From Myxococcota bacterium (lineage in GTDB: Bacteria; Myxococcota; XYA12-FULL-58-9; JABJBS01), in the NCBI GenBank assembly GCA_036339465.1, contig JAYZAY010000011.1:121624-185623 (forward strand): a stretch of DNA of 64,000 bases, given 5' to 3'. The notes beneath the pieces are model-generated. The model saw only the letters and a program-made list of their open reading frames with translations, was not told the origin of the DNA and did no database searches. A program made the translations under genes and the position numbers. Every line of letters begins with the position of its first letter. Within the stretch, counting starts at the first letter, position 1. Positions 10,859-21,517 of the stretch are shown here, one piece after another.

Positions 10859-12061
10859 ATGGCTGTTTTTATGTGGGAAGCGGAAAGCAAAGTGGGTGAA
10901 ATCAAGCGTGGTGAAATGGTGGCAGATTCCCGCGCTTTGGTCGAGCGTAATTTATTTAAGCAGCAGTTAAGACCAAGGAAAATCAGAAAGAAACCGAGAG
11001 AGATTAATCTAAAAATCCCTGGTTTGGTTTCTATTGGCCCTAGGGATTTGATGCTTTTTACGCGCCAATTCGCAACCATGATTGACGCAGGCCTACCGTT
11101 GGTTCAGGCCCTGGATATTTTGGCTACCCAGTCTGATAATCCTGAGCTGAGGGTAGTCGTCCATAAGGTGAAGCATTCTGTTGAATCTGGTGAGAGCCTG
11201 TCGGATTCTCTGGCAAAGCATCCTAGGGTTTTCGATACACTCTTTGTGAGTTTGGTAGAGGCAGGGGAAATAGGTGGTATTTTAGATACGACTCTTAATC
11301 GGCTTGCGGTGTATATCGAGATGAACACAAAATTACTGAAACAGGTCAAGGGTGCGATGGTTTACCCAATATTGATGATGGGTGTGGCTTCCATTATTGG
11401 GGTGGTGATGCTCTTGTTTGTTATCCCTGTTTTCGAGGGAATGTTTGGAAATATGGGGCAAACTTTGCCGGGACCAACGCAGTTTGTGATTGATCTGAGC
11501 CATTCTGTTCAAGACAATATTGGGGCGATTCTCTTAGGGGGCACCGCAGTGGTATTGGGATTTATTGCTTTTAAACGTTCCAAGCCGGGGCAGATGATTA
11601 TTGACCGTGTCGTGTTAAGAATTCCTATTATCGGAGATGTGGTCAGAAAAGTCGCGGTGGCGAAGTTTACACGGACCATGGCTACCATGCTCAGTTCCGG
11701 TGTTCCAATTATTGATGCCTTAGAGGTGGTTGCAAGAGCTTCTGGTAATGCGATCGTTGAATCAGGCTTAAATAATGTTCGAGAAGCCATCATGGAAGGG
11801 CGGCCAATGTCGGCTCCCATGGAGAAAATTACAGTGTTTCCATCCATGGTTGTTCAAATGATCGGCGTTGGTGAGGCGACAGGAGCTATGGATACGATGC
11901 TTTCTAAGATTGCTGATTTTTATGAGGATGAGGTCGACGCGGCCGTCGTTGCTCTCATGTCTGTTTTGGAGCCGCTCATTATGGTTTTTCTCGCGGTCTT
12001 TATGGGAGGATTTATGATTGCCATGTACCTACCCGTATTCTCGATGGCGGGTGGTGTTTAG
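10859..12061 (+). CDS. pilC: Type IV pilus platform protein PilC (GspF family)
   Basis: FTRQFATMIDAGLPLVQAL, AGEIGGILD, VGEATGAMDTML, AMYLPVF. Confidence 0.96.
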   Translation: MAVFMWEAESKVGEIKRGEMVADSRALVERNLFKQQLRPRKIRKKPREINLKIPGLVSIGPRDLMLFTRQFATMIDAGLPLVQALDILATQSDNPELRVVVHKVKHSVESGESLSDSLAKHPRVFDTLFVSLVEAGEIGGILDTTLNRLAVYIEMNTKLLKQVKGAMVYPILMMGVASIIGVVMLLFVIPVFEGMFGNMGQTLPGPTQFVIDLSHSVQDNIGAILLGGTAVVLGFIAFKRSKPGQMIIDRVVLRIPIIGDVVRKVAVAKFTRTMATMLSSGVPIIDALEVVARASGNAIVESGLNNVREAIMEGRPMSAPMEKITVFPSMVVQMIGVGEATGAMDTMLSKIADFYEDEVDAAVVALMSVLEPLIMVFLAVFMGGFMIAMYLPVFSMAGGV

Positions 12062-12163
12062 GGAGGCTGAAATTTCGGCCACGATGCAAGTGAAATTTTC
12101 AAATGCACACGCTTGCTTATGCCGTTAGTATTGTTCTTTTTCTCTCTTGGGGTTTTGGGCGGG

Positions 12164-13435
12164 TTACGACTTTGAGTATGTCCCATCGATACCAAAACCT
12201 GTCACCCAGAACCAAGGTGGTTTGGCTCCTTGGTCACTGTTGGAATACAAGTGACTTGGGCCACAGTGGAAGAGGGCAAAGATAAACAGGTTTCGGAAGA
12301 TTCTCCATGAACTATCCACGGTCGCCAGAAAAGAACCCCTAGCAGTAAAGAAGTTTTCCAATTTTACCAAAGCTCTCCTGTGTAGGTTGAGTTGAAGTTG
12401 CAATCGCTCATGTCGATAACGCGCTGCGAACGAGATGTTTGATTTTCCTGCTAGTGATGCTTTGATGCCAATTTTGGAAGAGAAACGACTTCCGGCAAAG
12501 CCGATTCTTGATGCGATGTGCCATTGCGTGACATCAGAGTTTGTTGAGATCGTGTTTTGTGATTGGGCCAGGAGCTGAGACCGCTCATATTCATAAGCTT
12601 CATCAAAGTAGAAGGGAGCATAATTCGGACTGCTTATGAGACTGTCTATTTCGACAAAATACAAGTTTTTACGTTGTTGTGGCCCGTTCCACTCAAATCG
12701 GATATTTCCTCGGAAGGCGTTGCCACCGTGGTTGGTGATGATTGCATTGGCTCTCGCCAGCCAAGTGAGTGTAGGGTTGCGAATGAGGTAGAGATTCCCA
12801 CCAAAAGCTCCTTCAGCGATTCCAGAGGCACCGTCGTTTGCCGTGCCTGTTCCCACATCGGTGGCCAATTCAGCGGTAAAAGCAATCCTCCGATTGGGGT
12901 CGGCTCCGAGCACCAAAAACGGATACGAACGTAGAGCAGCGCCCATCACGTTGGGGGCCATGAAATTATTAGCAAAGAACTCAAGGGTGAACCGAGATGA
13001 TTCCCAACGGGTGTGGAGGCCAGACTGGGGCAGGGATGGATCTGAGACGGTTGAATAGTCACGGACCAGATTGCCTTCACCTAGGTCAAAGTAACTCAAG
13101 GCTCCCAGTTTGAGAACGAGCTTGTTGGAGAATGCTTTGATTTCTAGTGCTTCGATGATCCCACTGTAGCTTCCGAAGGAATCCCACGGGTGGATCGTGG
13201 CCCAGCCATTGGCTTTCGACGAATTTTCAATCCAAATCGGAAAGCTTAGGGAAAGCAGAGTGGTTTCATCAAACACTGAGAAACCGGGTGCTGTCAACAA
13301 TAAGCCATTGCTTTGGTGGGTGCCGAACCCAATGCGAACATCAGTTTGAACTGTGATCGGTGATTTGGCCCAGCTTGTTTCGCAGGTCGCCAAAAGAATC
13401 GGGAGGCAATATAAAACAAGTCGAAACATCGGCAT
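12164..13435 (-). CDS. Exported hypothetical protein, possibly an outer-membrane beta-barrel
   Basis: Signal-peptide-like start (MPMFRLVLYCLPILLATCETSWA), amphipathic beta-strand pattern, aromatic C-terminal strand. Confidence 0.55.
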   Translation of the reverse strand: MPMFRLVLYCLPILLATCETSWAKSPITVQTDVRIGFGTHQSNGLLLTAPGFSVFDETTLLSLSFPIWIENSSKANGWATIHPWDSFGSYSGIIEALEIKAFSNKLVLKLGALSYFDLGEGNLVRDYSTVSDPSLPQSGLHTRWESSRFTLEFFANNFMAPNVMGAALRSYPFLVLGADPNRRIAFTAELATDVGTGTANDGASGIAEGAFGGNLYLIRNPTLTWLARANAIITNHGGNAFRGNIRFEWNGPQQRKNLYFVEIDSLISSPNYAPFYFDEAYEYERSQLLAQSQNTISTNSDVTQWHIASRIGFAGSRFSSKIGIKASLAGKSNISFAARYRHERLQLQLNLHRRALVKLENFFTARGSFLATVDSSWRIFRNLFIFALFHCGPSHLYSNSDQGAKPPWFWVTGFGIDGTYSKS

Positions 13436-13494
13436 ATATATCTCGGTTCTCGAAAGGGAAGGCAACTTATTGGCTGGATTTGGATTTAAAGCCT

Positions 13495-14310
13495 CTATGG
13501 CGTGATGTGTCGATGTTCCCAACATGGAATTGCAGTTCTGACCTCTTGAATTCTCTTCCGTTTGAGTTTTACCAAAGAATAACCAGGCCCTTCTTCTGCT
13601 TGAGATATTATGGTGCCCCAGGGGTCGATCACCATACTTTTACCCCACGAAAATCGTTGTCCAAAGTGGTTGCCCCATTGATTCGGTGCCACCACGTAAC
13701 ATTGATTTTCGATGGCTCTGGCCCGTAGGAGTGGTTCCCAGTGATCTTTTCCCGTTTGTAGAGTGAAGGCAGCGGGTATGAGTAATATTTCAGCGCCTTG
13801 TTTTCGCAAGGAGCGATATAATTCGGGGAATCGCAGGTCATAGCAAACCGTTATTCCTATTTTCCAGTTGTCCACTTGGGCGATACACGTTTCTTTTCCC
13901 GCACTTACGGAGGCCGATTCTTGGTAGCATGTTCCGTCGGGGAGCTGGATGTCGAAGAGATGGATTTTACGGTAGTATTGCTCGAGTTCACCTGTGGGGC
14001 CGATCATGACCGAGGTGTTGTAGGTTTTTTCGGGCTCAGGGCTGAGCTCTGGAATCGTGCCTGCGCAGATTGTGAGGTTGAATTGTTTGGCAGCGTCTCG
14101 ATAGGGTTTTAGTAGTTTTGAATCTTCCAAGGATTGTGCGAACGGAATTTTTTCATGATCTTGTCCCAAGAACGCACAATTTTCGGGCAATACCACGAGT
14201 TGAGCGCCTTCTCGTCCTGCAGCTTCTACCATCGGCATGGCTTGATCTAGGTTGGCAGCCGGGTTTCGATTTGAGCAGAGTTGAATATAGGCGACATTGA
14301 GCTCTTCCAT
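13495..14310 (-). CDS. Carbon-nitrogen hydrolase (Nit1/deaminated-glutathione amidase-like)
   Basis: LVVLPE, YRKIHLFD, VCYDLRFPE, LRARAIENQ: the E-K-C triad is present. Confidence 0.93.
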   Translation of the reverse strand: MEELNVAYIQLCSNRNPAANLDQAMPMVEAAGREGAQLVVLPENCAFLGQDHEKIPFAQSLEDSKLLKPYRDAAKQFNLTICAGTIPELSPEPEKTYNTSVMIGPTGELEQYYRKIHLFDIQLPDGTCYQESASVSAGKETCIAQVDNWKIGITVCYDLRFPELYRSLRKQGAEILLIPAAFTLQTGKDHWEPLLRARAIENQCYVVAPNQWGNHFGQRFSWGKSMVIDPWGTIISQAEEGPGYSLVKLKRKRIQEVRTAIPCWEHRHITP

Positions 14311-14457
14311 AAAGGCCTCCACAGGGTTGCTGGAAACTTACGCATTTCTTCTCCGCGATTCAATTTTTACATGGATGCAGGAAACTGCTATGGAATGACT
14401 CAAGTCGAAACCATATCTCGACCTACCGACAGTTTTTGAGGGGGATTGTAAGCTTCG

Positions 14458-15843
14458 ATGAATAGCTTTTGCATTGTACTTAGCCTTCTTGCCACGGGGG
14501 TTCTTCCATCTGCGGAGGTGGCTCCCCAACGTGTGCTGGTGATTGGAATGGACGGGGCTACGTTTGAGATCATGGACCATTTGGTCGCAGAGGGTAAACT
14601 TCCAAACATCGCAAAATTCTATGAAAGAGGTGCGCGTTTGATTTTAGAATCGGAAGTACCCATGCGTTCTCCTGCGCTGTGGACGACCATTGCCACCGGT
14701 CAGGCCCGTAGCGTGCATGGCATCTACGATTTTGTAACAGGCAGCGGTTATTGGCCGAAACACCTTCGTACTGAGGCTCGAAAGCTTGTTTCATCTGAAA
14801 TGCGCCGGAGTCCAGCATTATGGAATTTAGCAGACGAGGCGGGCTTGGAGTCTTTGGTGGTAGGGTGGTTGAATACTTGGCCGGCTGAAAAATTAAGGGG
14901 GGCAATGGTTGCTCCCTATGTCGCTTTAGGAGATAAAAAGCAGAGCTCCATTAAGGGTAAGATTTATCGTGAGGTGGAGGGCCAGAGTTCTCCCTCCGAA
15001 TTATTTAAGAAGCTCCGAAGCCATATTGTGGAACCCGATGATATTTCTACGGCCGAATTGGCACGGATTTTCAGTGATCCCGAATCGATTTCCAGCCTAT
15101 TTAAGATTTATCCCAGTTTGGAAAGAGCGATTTACACTGTCCGATGGTCTATGGCGTCGGCAATTACCAATGTTAATATTATCAATCGACTTCTACGGTC
15201 CTATAAGAAAACGCGTCTCTTAATGACTTATTTTGATGGGACGGATACTCTTGCCCATAGGTTTTGGTTGTTTCGTGAACCGATAGATAAAATTAGGGCG
15301 CGTTTAAAAGCGCATCATTTACCTCAGCACAAAGCTACGGTTTTGAAGCAGCAATTTGGGAGGGTTCTGGATAATTTTTATGGTTTTCTCGATCAACAGA
15401 TTGGCAGAATCATCAAGGCGGCGGGCAAAAATACGACGGTTTACATTGTGTCGGATCATGGGTGGAAGTCCGACCCCAATACGACTGCGACCCATGCGGA
15501 AGTTCCCTTTGACGGGGTTCATGATTTAGAGGGTGTTTGTTTGGCGATGGGACCTTCGATTCGCCCCAACCGACTTCGTATATCAAAGCGGGCGTCGCTC
15601 TATGATATTGCGCCGACCGTTCTATACACCCTGGGTTTACCAGTACCCTCGTATATGGGGGGCGATATTCTCACACGTTTATTCAGGCCGGCATTTAAGT
15701 TTGCTTATCCACCGAAAATTACGGCTAGGCTCCATACGTTTAATCGAAAAAGAAAGCCCAATGAGAAAGATGAAAAAGGAGGTTCGGCTCATTTTTCGGA
15801 TGAAGAGTTGGAACGACTTCGTTCCCTTGGGTACGTCCAATAA
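14458..15843 (+). CDS. Alkaline phosphatase superfamily protein (phosphodiesterase/nucleotide pyrophosphatase type), exported
   Basis: VLVIGMDGA, SPALWTTIATG, DTLAHRFW, IVSDHG, DIAPT; C-terminal ERLRSLGY. Confidence 0.88.
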   Translation: MNSFCIVLSLLATGVLPSAEVAPQRVLVIGMDGATFEIMDHLVAEGKLPNIAKFYERGARLILESEVPMRSPALWTTIATGQARSVHGIYDFVTGSGYWPKHLRTEARKLVSSEMRRSPALWNLADEAGLESLVVGWLNTWPAEKLRGAMVAPYVALGDKKQSSIKGKIYREVEGQSSPSELFKKLRSHIVEPDDISTAELARIFSDPESISSLFKIYPSLERAIYTVRWSMASAITNVNIINRLLRSYKKTRLLMTYFDGTDTLAHRFWLFREPIDKIRARLKAHHLPQHKATVLKQQFGRVLDNFYGFLDQQIGRIIKAAGKNTTVYIVSDHGWKSDPNTTATHAEVPFDGVHDLEGVCLAMGPSIRPNRLRISKRASLYDIAPTVLYTLGLPVPSYMGGDILTRLFRPAFKFAYPPKITARLHTFNRKRKPNEKDEKGGSAHFSDEELERLRSLGYVQ

Positions 15844-15873
15844 GGCAGTTTGAAATCCTGCTGCGTTAGTCTT

Positions 15874-16470
15874 CTAGTCCTCATCTTTTTTGCGTGGATA
15901 CCACAGAGTTTCCTCGGCTCCGCTTTGAACGCAGGCGTATCGCGCCGCCACGAATAGGGTATCTGACAGTCGGTTTAAGAACTTTAGTTCCACTTCAAAA
16001 GGGGCCGATTGTTCGGTGGTTTCTTGGGTGGTTTCTTGGAGGGTGATGGCGTCGATGAGTCTTACACATTCCCGTTCTGCGCGGCGACAGACGGTACGGG
16101 CTAGGTGTAGCTGAGCGGCTAAAGTATTTCCGCCGGGTAAAATGAAGGTTTTTAAGGGCGGTAGCCTTGCGGAAAGTTCATCCATGAAGGTTTCGAGGCT
16201 TTGGACATCCGATTCTAGAATTCCGGTGGATTTTTGTTTTGAATGGTTGGGGTTTGCAAGAACAGCTCCGAGCTCAAAGAGGGTTGCCTGAATTTTCCTT
16301 AAGAATTTCGAGATTTCAGGAATATCAGAGTATGCCAGGGCGCATCCAAGCACCGTGTTTAGTTCGTCCACATCTCCGTAGGCATTGACTCGCTGCGCAG
16401 ATTTCTTAATCCTGGAACCACCAACAAGGCGGGTATCACCTCGATCTCCTTGTTTCGTATATATTTTCAT
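15874..16470 (-). CDS. PduO-type cob(I)alamin adenosyltransferase
   Basis: KIYTKQGDRGDT, AYGDVDELN, FILPGG, ARTVCRRAER, LNRLSD. Confidence 0.95.
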   Translation of the reverse strand: MKIYTKQGDRGDTRLVGGSRIKKSAQRVNAYGDVDELNTVLGCALAYSDIPEISKFLRKIQATLFELGAVLANPNHSKQKSTGILESDVQSLETFMDELSARLPPLKTFILPGGNTLAAQLHLARTVCRRAERECVRLIDAITLQETTQETTEQSAPFEVELKFLNRLSDTLFVAARYACVQSGAEETLWYPRKKDED

Positions 16471-16540
16471 CCCGTGCGCGATCCTTTTTTAGGTGCAAAG
16501 GCCCCTTGTTCAATGGGAGCTTCGCATGTACAGAGGCCCC

Positions 16541-17437
16541 ATGCGTCAAAAGGCCCTAGAGACAAAAGTTCTTCGCCTCATGAACCAGGCGAATCGAGAG
16601 TACCACATGATTACTGAAGGTGATCGCATTCTTGTGGGTCTCTCTGGTGGCAAAGACTCATATGGTTTGATGTGGGGCTTACTCAAGATGAAAGCGGCGG
16701 CACCATTCAATTTTGATGTGGTTGCTTTCCATTTAGATCAAGCCCAGCCAGGGTATGACGGGGCGCCGATGGTTCGCTACCTCAACCGACTGGGTGAAGA
16801 GTTTGGTATCGTAGGGGAAATTGAGACCCAGGATACGTACTCAAGAGTTGTCGAGAAAACGGAAGAGGGGAAAAGTTATTGTTCACTGTGTTCTCGTTTT
16901 CGTCGTGCGATTTTGTATAAAGCAGCGACCCGGCATGGGTGCAATAAAGTCGCCCTCGGCCATCACCGGGACGATTTGATCGAGACTCTCCTTCTAAACC
17001 AATTCTATGCAGGTTCCATCAAGGGTATGCCACCGCGGCTACTAAATGATACCGGAACCCATGAGCTGCTGCGCCCACTTGCCTACGTTCCTGAAGAGGA
17101 CCTTCAAGAATTATCTGAGCTTCACGCTTACGAGATCATGCCCTGTACTTTGTGTGGTTCTCAGCTTAGCCAAAGAAAGTTCGTGAAAGACCTCTTGTCT
17201 CAGCTTGGCAAGACAAACCCGCATATCAAGGGGAACCTTTTGAATGCCCTTAGGAATGTGCAGCCGAGCCAGTTGGCCGATCCAAGGGTGAATTCGCTCT
17301 ACAAAAAAGCCAATGGTCCAGGGGACCTTAAGCCTTTCATAACCACGGCTGTTTCGGAAAACGTTGCGCCCCTGCCTAGCTCTGAAATAAAGGTAAATTC
17401 GGGAGAAGGTGCGGAGCGACTTCGTATTTTGGCTTAA
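16541..17437 (+). CDS. ttcA: tRNA 2-thiocytidine(32) synthetase
   Basis: SGGKDS PP-loop, CSLCSRFRR, GHHRDD, PCTLCGSQ; the start could lie slightly upstream (ORF open from 16493). Confidence 0.93.
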   Translation: MRQKALETKVLRLMNQANREYHMITEGDRILVGLSGGKDSYGLMWGLLKMKAAAPFNFDVVAFHLDQAQPGYDGAPMVRYLNRLGEEFGIVGEIETQDTYSRVVEKTEEGKSYCSLCSRFRRAILYKAATRHGCNKVALGHHRDDLIETLLLNQFYAGSIKGMPPRLLNDTGTHELLRPLAYVPEEDLQELSELHAYEIMPCTLCGSQLSQRKFVKDLLSQLGKTNPHIKGNLLNALRNVQPSQLADPRVNSLYKKANGPGDLKPFITTAVSENVAPLPSSEIKVNSGEGAERLRILA

Positions 17438-17570
17438 TCGTTTTTCGGTTGGTTTTGCAGTGCGTTACCAGGCGAGCTGTCTTAAGCGCTAGACTCTCTC
17501 TCCGTTCCAAACTAACTTAGATCATGGGAGCTTCGAAACCGAATCAAGGGCCGAACTGAAGGCCCTAGCT

Positions 17571-18857
17571 ATGGAGACGAAACATATGGCGCATGTTTTA
17601 GTGGTGGATGATGATCGAAATATCCTCACCATGCTTGGTGATTTCATGAGTGAACGCGGACACTTTGTGGAGCCGTGCCGCGACGGAAAGCAGGCACTTG
17701 ATGTATTGCGTGGCTCCAAATTTGATTTGATCCTTTTGGATATCCTTTTGCCCAATATGAACGGATTCGCTGTGCTTGAAGAGCTTTGTCGTGAACCAGG
17801 TTTGAGCAAAATTCCCATTGTGGTTTTCAGTGGAATTTATCGTCGTTTGAATCACCACGAGAAGCTTGAGCAGTATGGCCAGGTGATTGCGTACATGGAT
17901 AAGCCACTGAACATGGATGAATTGGGCAAAGTGGTTGATGAGGCTTGTCCTCCAGAGTCACCGCCGAGTTCGGAGCAAGCAGTGGTTCAATCGGGTCAAG
18001 ATTCAGATACGTCCCTAGAACCAGGGCCGGTTAATTTTGGGGAAGCGATGGTTCTGGACGAAGTGAGTCGGGAAGAATGCGCCGAAGCAGAATCGAGGGC
18101 GCGAATTGATTTTCAGCGCAGAGACCGCAATCTTACTTTTCAGGGGTCATTGGCCGACCATTCTGCTGCTGAAGTCCTGGGCCGATTGTGGGCAGCAGAG
18201 GTATCGGGGGCCCTCCTACTCAGAAGCGGTCCGACGAAAAAAATCATCTATATCAAAGAAGGTCAGCCTTATAGTGTCTGTTCTAATTTGGTCAAAGAGT
18301 GTTTAGGACAATTATTGGTCCAGGAAAGGCTGATTTCTCGAGCCGAGCTTACTTCCTCCATCCGAGAGATGCAGAAGACCAGCGAGAAGCAGGGAAAAAT
18401 TTTGGTGCGAATGGGTAGTATCACGGCTAAAAACTTGGCTTATGCTCTGCAGCTTCAATTTGAAACAAAACTCTACGACTGCTTCACTTGGGATTTTGGC
18501 GAGTATCGATTCAATCCTACGGTAGAGTTGCCCGCCAAAGACTTTGCTGGTGAATTGGAGAATGGTGTTGTCGTTTTGGAGGGTGTGAAGCGGACTTTTG
18601 ATGAGAGTCGTCTGCGTCTTTATCTGCAGCCTTTTATGGACAGCCTTTTGTGCCGGAATGAGCTCAATGCAGAGCGGTCGGGGTTGTCGGGAAAACTTGA
18701 TGCTTGTTTTCCGGTTGATGCTCCTACCACCACCCGTGAATTATTGGAAACCTATGGATTGGGAACCAAAAGAGATGAGCTGGCATTGCTTTATTCGTTC
18801 ATCTGTTTGCGGGTTCTGGGTGGTGAACCTGTAGAGAGTGCGGTTATCGCGGGTTAA
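17571..18857 (+). CDS. Response regulator with REC and DUF4388 (PatA-N-like) domains
   Basis: VLVVDDD, LILLDILLP, KP; followed by QGSLAD..., GALLL, LGQLLV, FTWDFGEYRF. Confidence 0.85.
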   Translation: METKHMAHVLVVDDDRNILTMLGDFMSERGHFVEPCRDGKQALDVLRGSKFDLILLDILLPNMNGFAVLEELCREPGLSKIPIVVFSGIYRRLNHHEKLEQYGQVIAYMDKPLNMDELGKVVDEACPPESPPSSEQAVVQSGQDSDTSLEPGPVNFGEAMVLDEVSREECAEAESRARIDFQRRDRNLTFQGSLADHSAAEVLGRLWAAEVSGALLLRSGPTKKIIYIKEGQPYSVCSNLVKECLGQLLVQERLISRAELTSSIREMQKTSEKQGKILVRMGSITAKNLAYALQLQFETKLYDCFTWDFGEYRFNPTVELPAKDFAGELENGVVVLEGVKRTFDESRLRLYLQPFMDSLLCRNELNAERSGLSGKLDACFPVDAPTTTRELLETYGLGTKRDELALLYSFICLRVLGGEPVESAVIAG

Positions 18858-19702
18858 TTCAGCCAGTGAACCATCGCCTCTATGAGAAGGTCCCCAAAGA
18901 GCCCAATCTCCACCAAACCGAGGATTAAGAACGGTCCGAATGGTATGGCGGATGTTGGTGGTGTCCACTGATCATCGAAGACTGATTGTTCGGGGTCTCT
19001 CTGGAAAAAATTCGGTCCGAGACTCATGAATAGGAGACTACCGAGTAGTCCTTGAATCGATGCCAGCGTCAGGGCATGCAGGCAACCGATGGGGCCGAGC
19101 CAAAGGCCCATGACGATGAGGAGTTTAATATCACCAAAGCCCAATCCTTCCTTCTTTCTAAAGACCGAGTAGAGTTTGGCAATACCCCAAACCAATCCAG
19201 CAGGGGCCAGCATGAGCGGGAGGCTGGAGATGCCAAAATGGGGTGCTGAGATTGCGCTGAGCAGTCCGAGTACGAGTAAAGGCAGCAGCAATTGGTCTGG
19301 AATCCAAAAATGCTGAAAGTCAATGATAGCGATGGCAAGGAGTGGGGGAATGGCCAAGAGCCAAAGCATTGTTTCCAGTTGTAATCCGTATTTTACGGTG
19401 ACCAAAGCCCCGAAGCACCCAGCGATTAGTTCGACGTAGAAATAGCGAGGAGAGATAAGAGCCTTACACTTTGAACATCGTCGGCGTAAACAGAGATAGC
19501 TGAGGAGGGGGATATTTTCCCACCAATTTAGCTGGTGCTTGCATTTGGGGCATGCGGATCGCGGCAATACGATGGATTGTCCCTGGGGCATTCTCACAAC
19601 CAGCACATTGGCAAATGAGCCGAGGCAAGCTGCGAATGCAAAAACCCACATAGGTAGCCACCAGCTGGGCATCGTATTTAGGATTATTTCTAGCTCTTGC
19701 AT
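18854..19702 (-). CDS. pilD: Prepilin peptidase/N-methyltransferase
   Basis: GSFANVLVVRMP, CPKC...ENIPLLSY...CSKC, GFGDIKL, IPFGPFL. Confidence 0.95.
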   Translation of the reverse strand: MQELEIILNTMPSWWLPMWVFAFAACLGSFANVLVVRMPQGQSIVLPRSACPKCKHQLNWWENIPLLSYLCLRRRCSKCKALISPRYFYVELIAGCFGALVTVKYGLQLETMLWLLAIPPLLAIAIIDFQHFWIPDQLLLPLLVLGLLSAISAPHFGISSLPLMLAPAGLVWGIAKLYSVFRKKEGLGFGDIKLLIVMGLWLGPIGCLHALTLASIQGLLGSLLFMSLGPNFFQRDPEQSVFDDQWTPPTSAIPFGPFLILGLVEIGLFGDLLIEAMVHWLN

Positions 19703-19931
19703 GGTTTAAATCAGGGTGTTGCCGATTCTCTTTGCACGTATCACGGCTTCTGATTTCTACAAACTTTATTCATTCGGGCTATGGGATATAATGTTTTTAG
19801 AGCACTGTTTATGTGCGTTGACCGAATTTATGGGCGGAAAAATCGGTTCAGTGCGAGGCGAGCGACGCAGATGGAGCTGGGCTCTCATCAAAGAGGATAA
19901 CGAAGCTTTGGGGAAATTTGGCAAGCGAAAA

Positions 19932-20582
19932 ATGTCCAACTTAAATGGACAACGCTTTAACAGCACCCAGGTTTTTCGGAAGGCTCCCGAAAGATCCGGC
20001 CCAAGTTATTTAGATAGCGGTTTCACTTTGATGGAGCTTTTTGTGGTGATTTCCATTGTTGGTCTTTTGGCTTCCATTGCGGTTCCTAATTTGAGGGGAT
20101 GGAACTTGCGACAGAAGCAGGCGGAAGCCCAGAAGTACCTACAGGCGATTCATCTTCACAAAATGGGAAACTACGAAGCGACCGGAAGCTATGTTTGTGA
20201 TTTGGATTGCTTCTGTGGTTGGAGGCCGGTTGGTAAGACGCATTACCGATATTATTGTGACGATACGAATGCCAATACGGCAGCGAGTCGCACATCGAGT
20301 GCGCTTGGGGTAAAAAGTTCTTTGCCGACGTCGGCTTTACGCGATACGGGCTCGAGTTGCGATAGTATCGTGGCGCTTCTTACGGGCTTAGACCACAGCT
20401 ATTCGAGTTTGGCATGCGGAAATTTGGACAGTGATACTCAATTGGATATTTGGCTAATTCGGGTCAGAGATATGACCCAGGAATCCACGACTGAGGCGGG
20501 GGCTTTCGTTGAGGTTGTCCAGTGCGCAGATGATACGAATGGTGGCGCGGAGACCTGTTCTTCCCTGCTGGCGGCGCAATAA
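19932..20582 (+). CDS. pilA: Type IVa pilin, deltaproteobacterial PilA-like
   Basis: G|FTLMEL cleavage motif with E5, hydrophobic helix, KQAEA, and GNLDSDTQLDIW motif; followed by pilGHI-like genes. Confidence 0.8.
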   Translation: MSNLNGQRFNSTQVFRKAPERSGPSYLDSGFTLMELFVVISIVGLLASIAVPNLRGWNLRQKQAEAQKYLQAIHLHKMGNYEATGSYVCDLDCFCGWRPVGKTHYRYYCDDTNANTAASRTSSALGVKSSLPTSALRDTGSSCDSIVALLTGLDHSYSSLACGNLDSDTQLDIWLIRVRDMTQESTTEAGAFVEVVQCADDTNGGAETCSSLLAAQ

Positions 20583-20603
20583 GTTTTTGTGTATAGCATC
20601 TAA

Positions 20604-21491
20604 ATGCCTCTGATTATTCGACAGTCTTTTGGCCAAGTCCGATTGTTTTTCTTGTTCGTTGTTCTGGCATTATTGGGCCACCAGGCTCATCAAAATTTAT
20701 TGAAGTCGTTTGAATCAGAAGAGCTTCCTCTCTTTGTTGAAACGCTTCCCAATGAAGAGTATGTCCGTTTCCAATGGTTGAATTTCAAAGAGCTTGCAGG
20801 TGATTATTATTGGTTGCGGGTGGTGAGTCATTTTGGTGATACAAGAGCTCAAGCCGTAGACTATCCCTTGCTTTTAAAATTACTCAAGTTGGTTACCACC
20901 CTTAAGCCCCACTTTCGTCCTGCCTATGAGTTAGCGGGTGTGGCCTTACCTATGGTAGAGGGGTATGTGGACGGCGCAATTGATATATTGGAGAAGGGGG
21001 TTCAGGAATTTCCCGAGGAGTGGAGGATCGTGCATTTAAAGGCCTATATTCATTACATGGAGAAAGGTGAGTATGCTGAAGCGGCTGAGCTATACGCAAG
21101 GGTAGCCCATCTTCCCAATGTTCCGGAATGGGTTCCCGGTTTGGGACAACGTCTTGCGGTTGAAGGAGGTAATCCTGAAGTGGGATTGGCTATCATCGAT
21201 CATCTGATTGCCGACAATGAAGACGAACGGATCCTAGAACATTTCAAAGAGCGACGGCGGTTGATTTTAATGGAAATCCGTATGAAGACCATCCAAGATT
21301 GGGTGCATCGGTACAGCCAGGAAATCGGAATTTTTCCAGACTCCTTTCAAGAATTGATGTCGTGGATGGGAAAACCCTTTGAGCTTGATGACGGTGTGGG
21401 CGGAACGTTCAAATTATCTGCCAATGGCAGAGTGTCGACGACTTCAGAAGAAAAAAGGCTACGGCCATTTGGGTTGGATAAGCATAAATGA
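20604..21491 (+). CDS. PilG-like (Myxococcus-type) TPR-containing pilus accessory protein
   Basis: AGDYYWLR, ILEKGV..FPEEWRI TPR-like segment; position between pilin and ABC genes. Confidence 0.7.
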   Translation: MPLIIRQSFGQVRLFFLFVVLALLGHQAHQNLLKSFESEELPLFVETLPNEEYVRFQWLNFKELAGDYYWLRVVSHFGDTRAQAVDYPLLLKLLKLVTTLKPHFRPAYELAGVALPMVEGYVDGAIDILEKGVQEFPEEWRIVHLKAYIHYMEKGEYAEAAELYARVAHLPNVPEWVPGLGQRLAVEGGNPEVGLAIIDHLIADNEDERILEHFKERRRLILMEIRMKTIQDWVHRYSQEIGIFPDSFQELMSWMGKPFELDDGVGGTFKLSANGRVSTTSEEKRLRPFGLDKHK

Positions 21492-21517
21492 GTGTATCGT
21501 TAGCATAAAAGGTTTGG

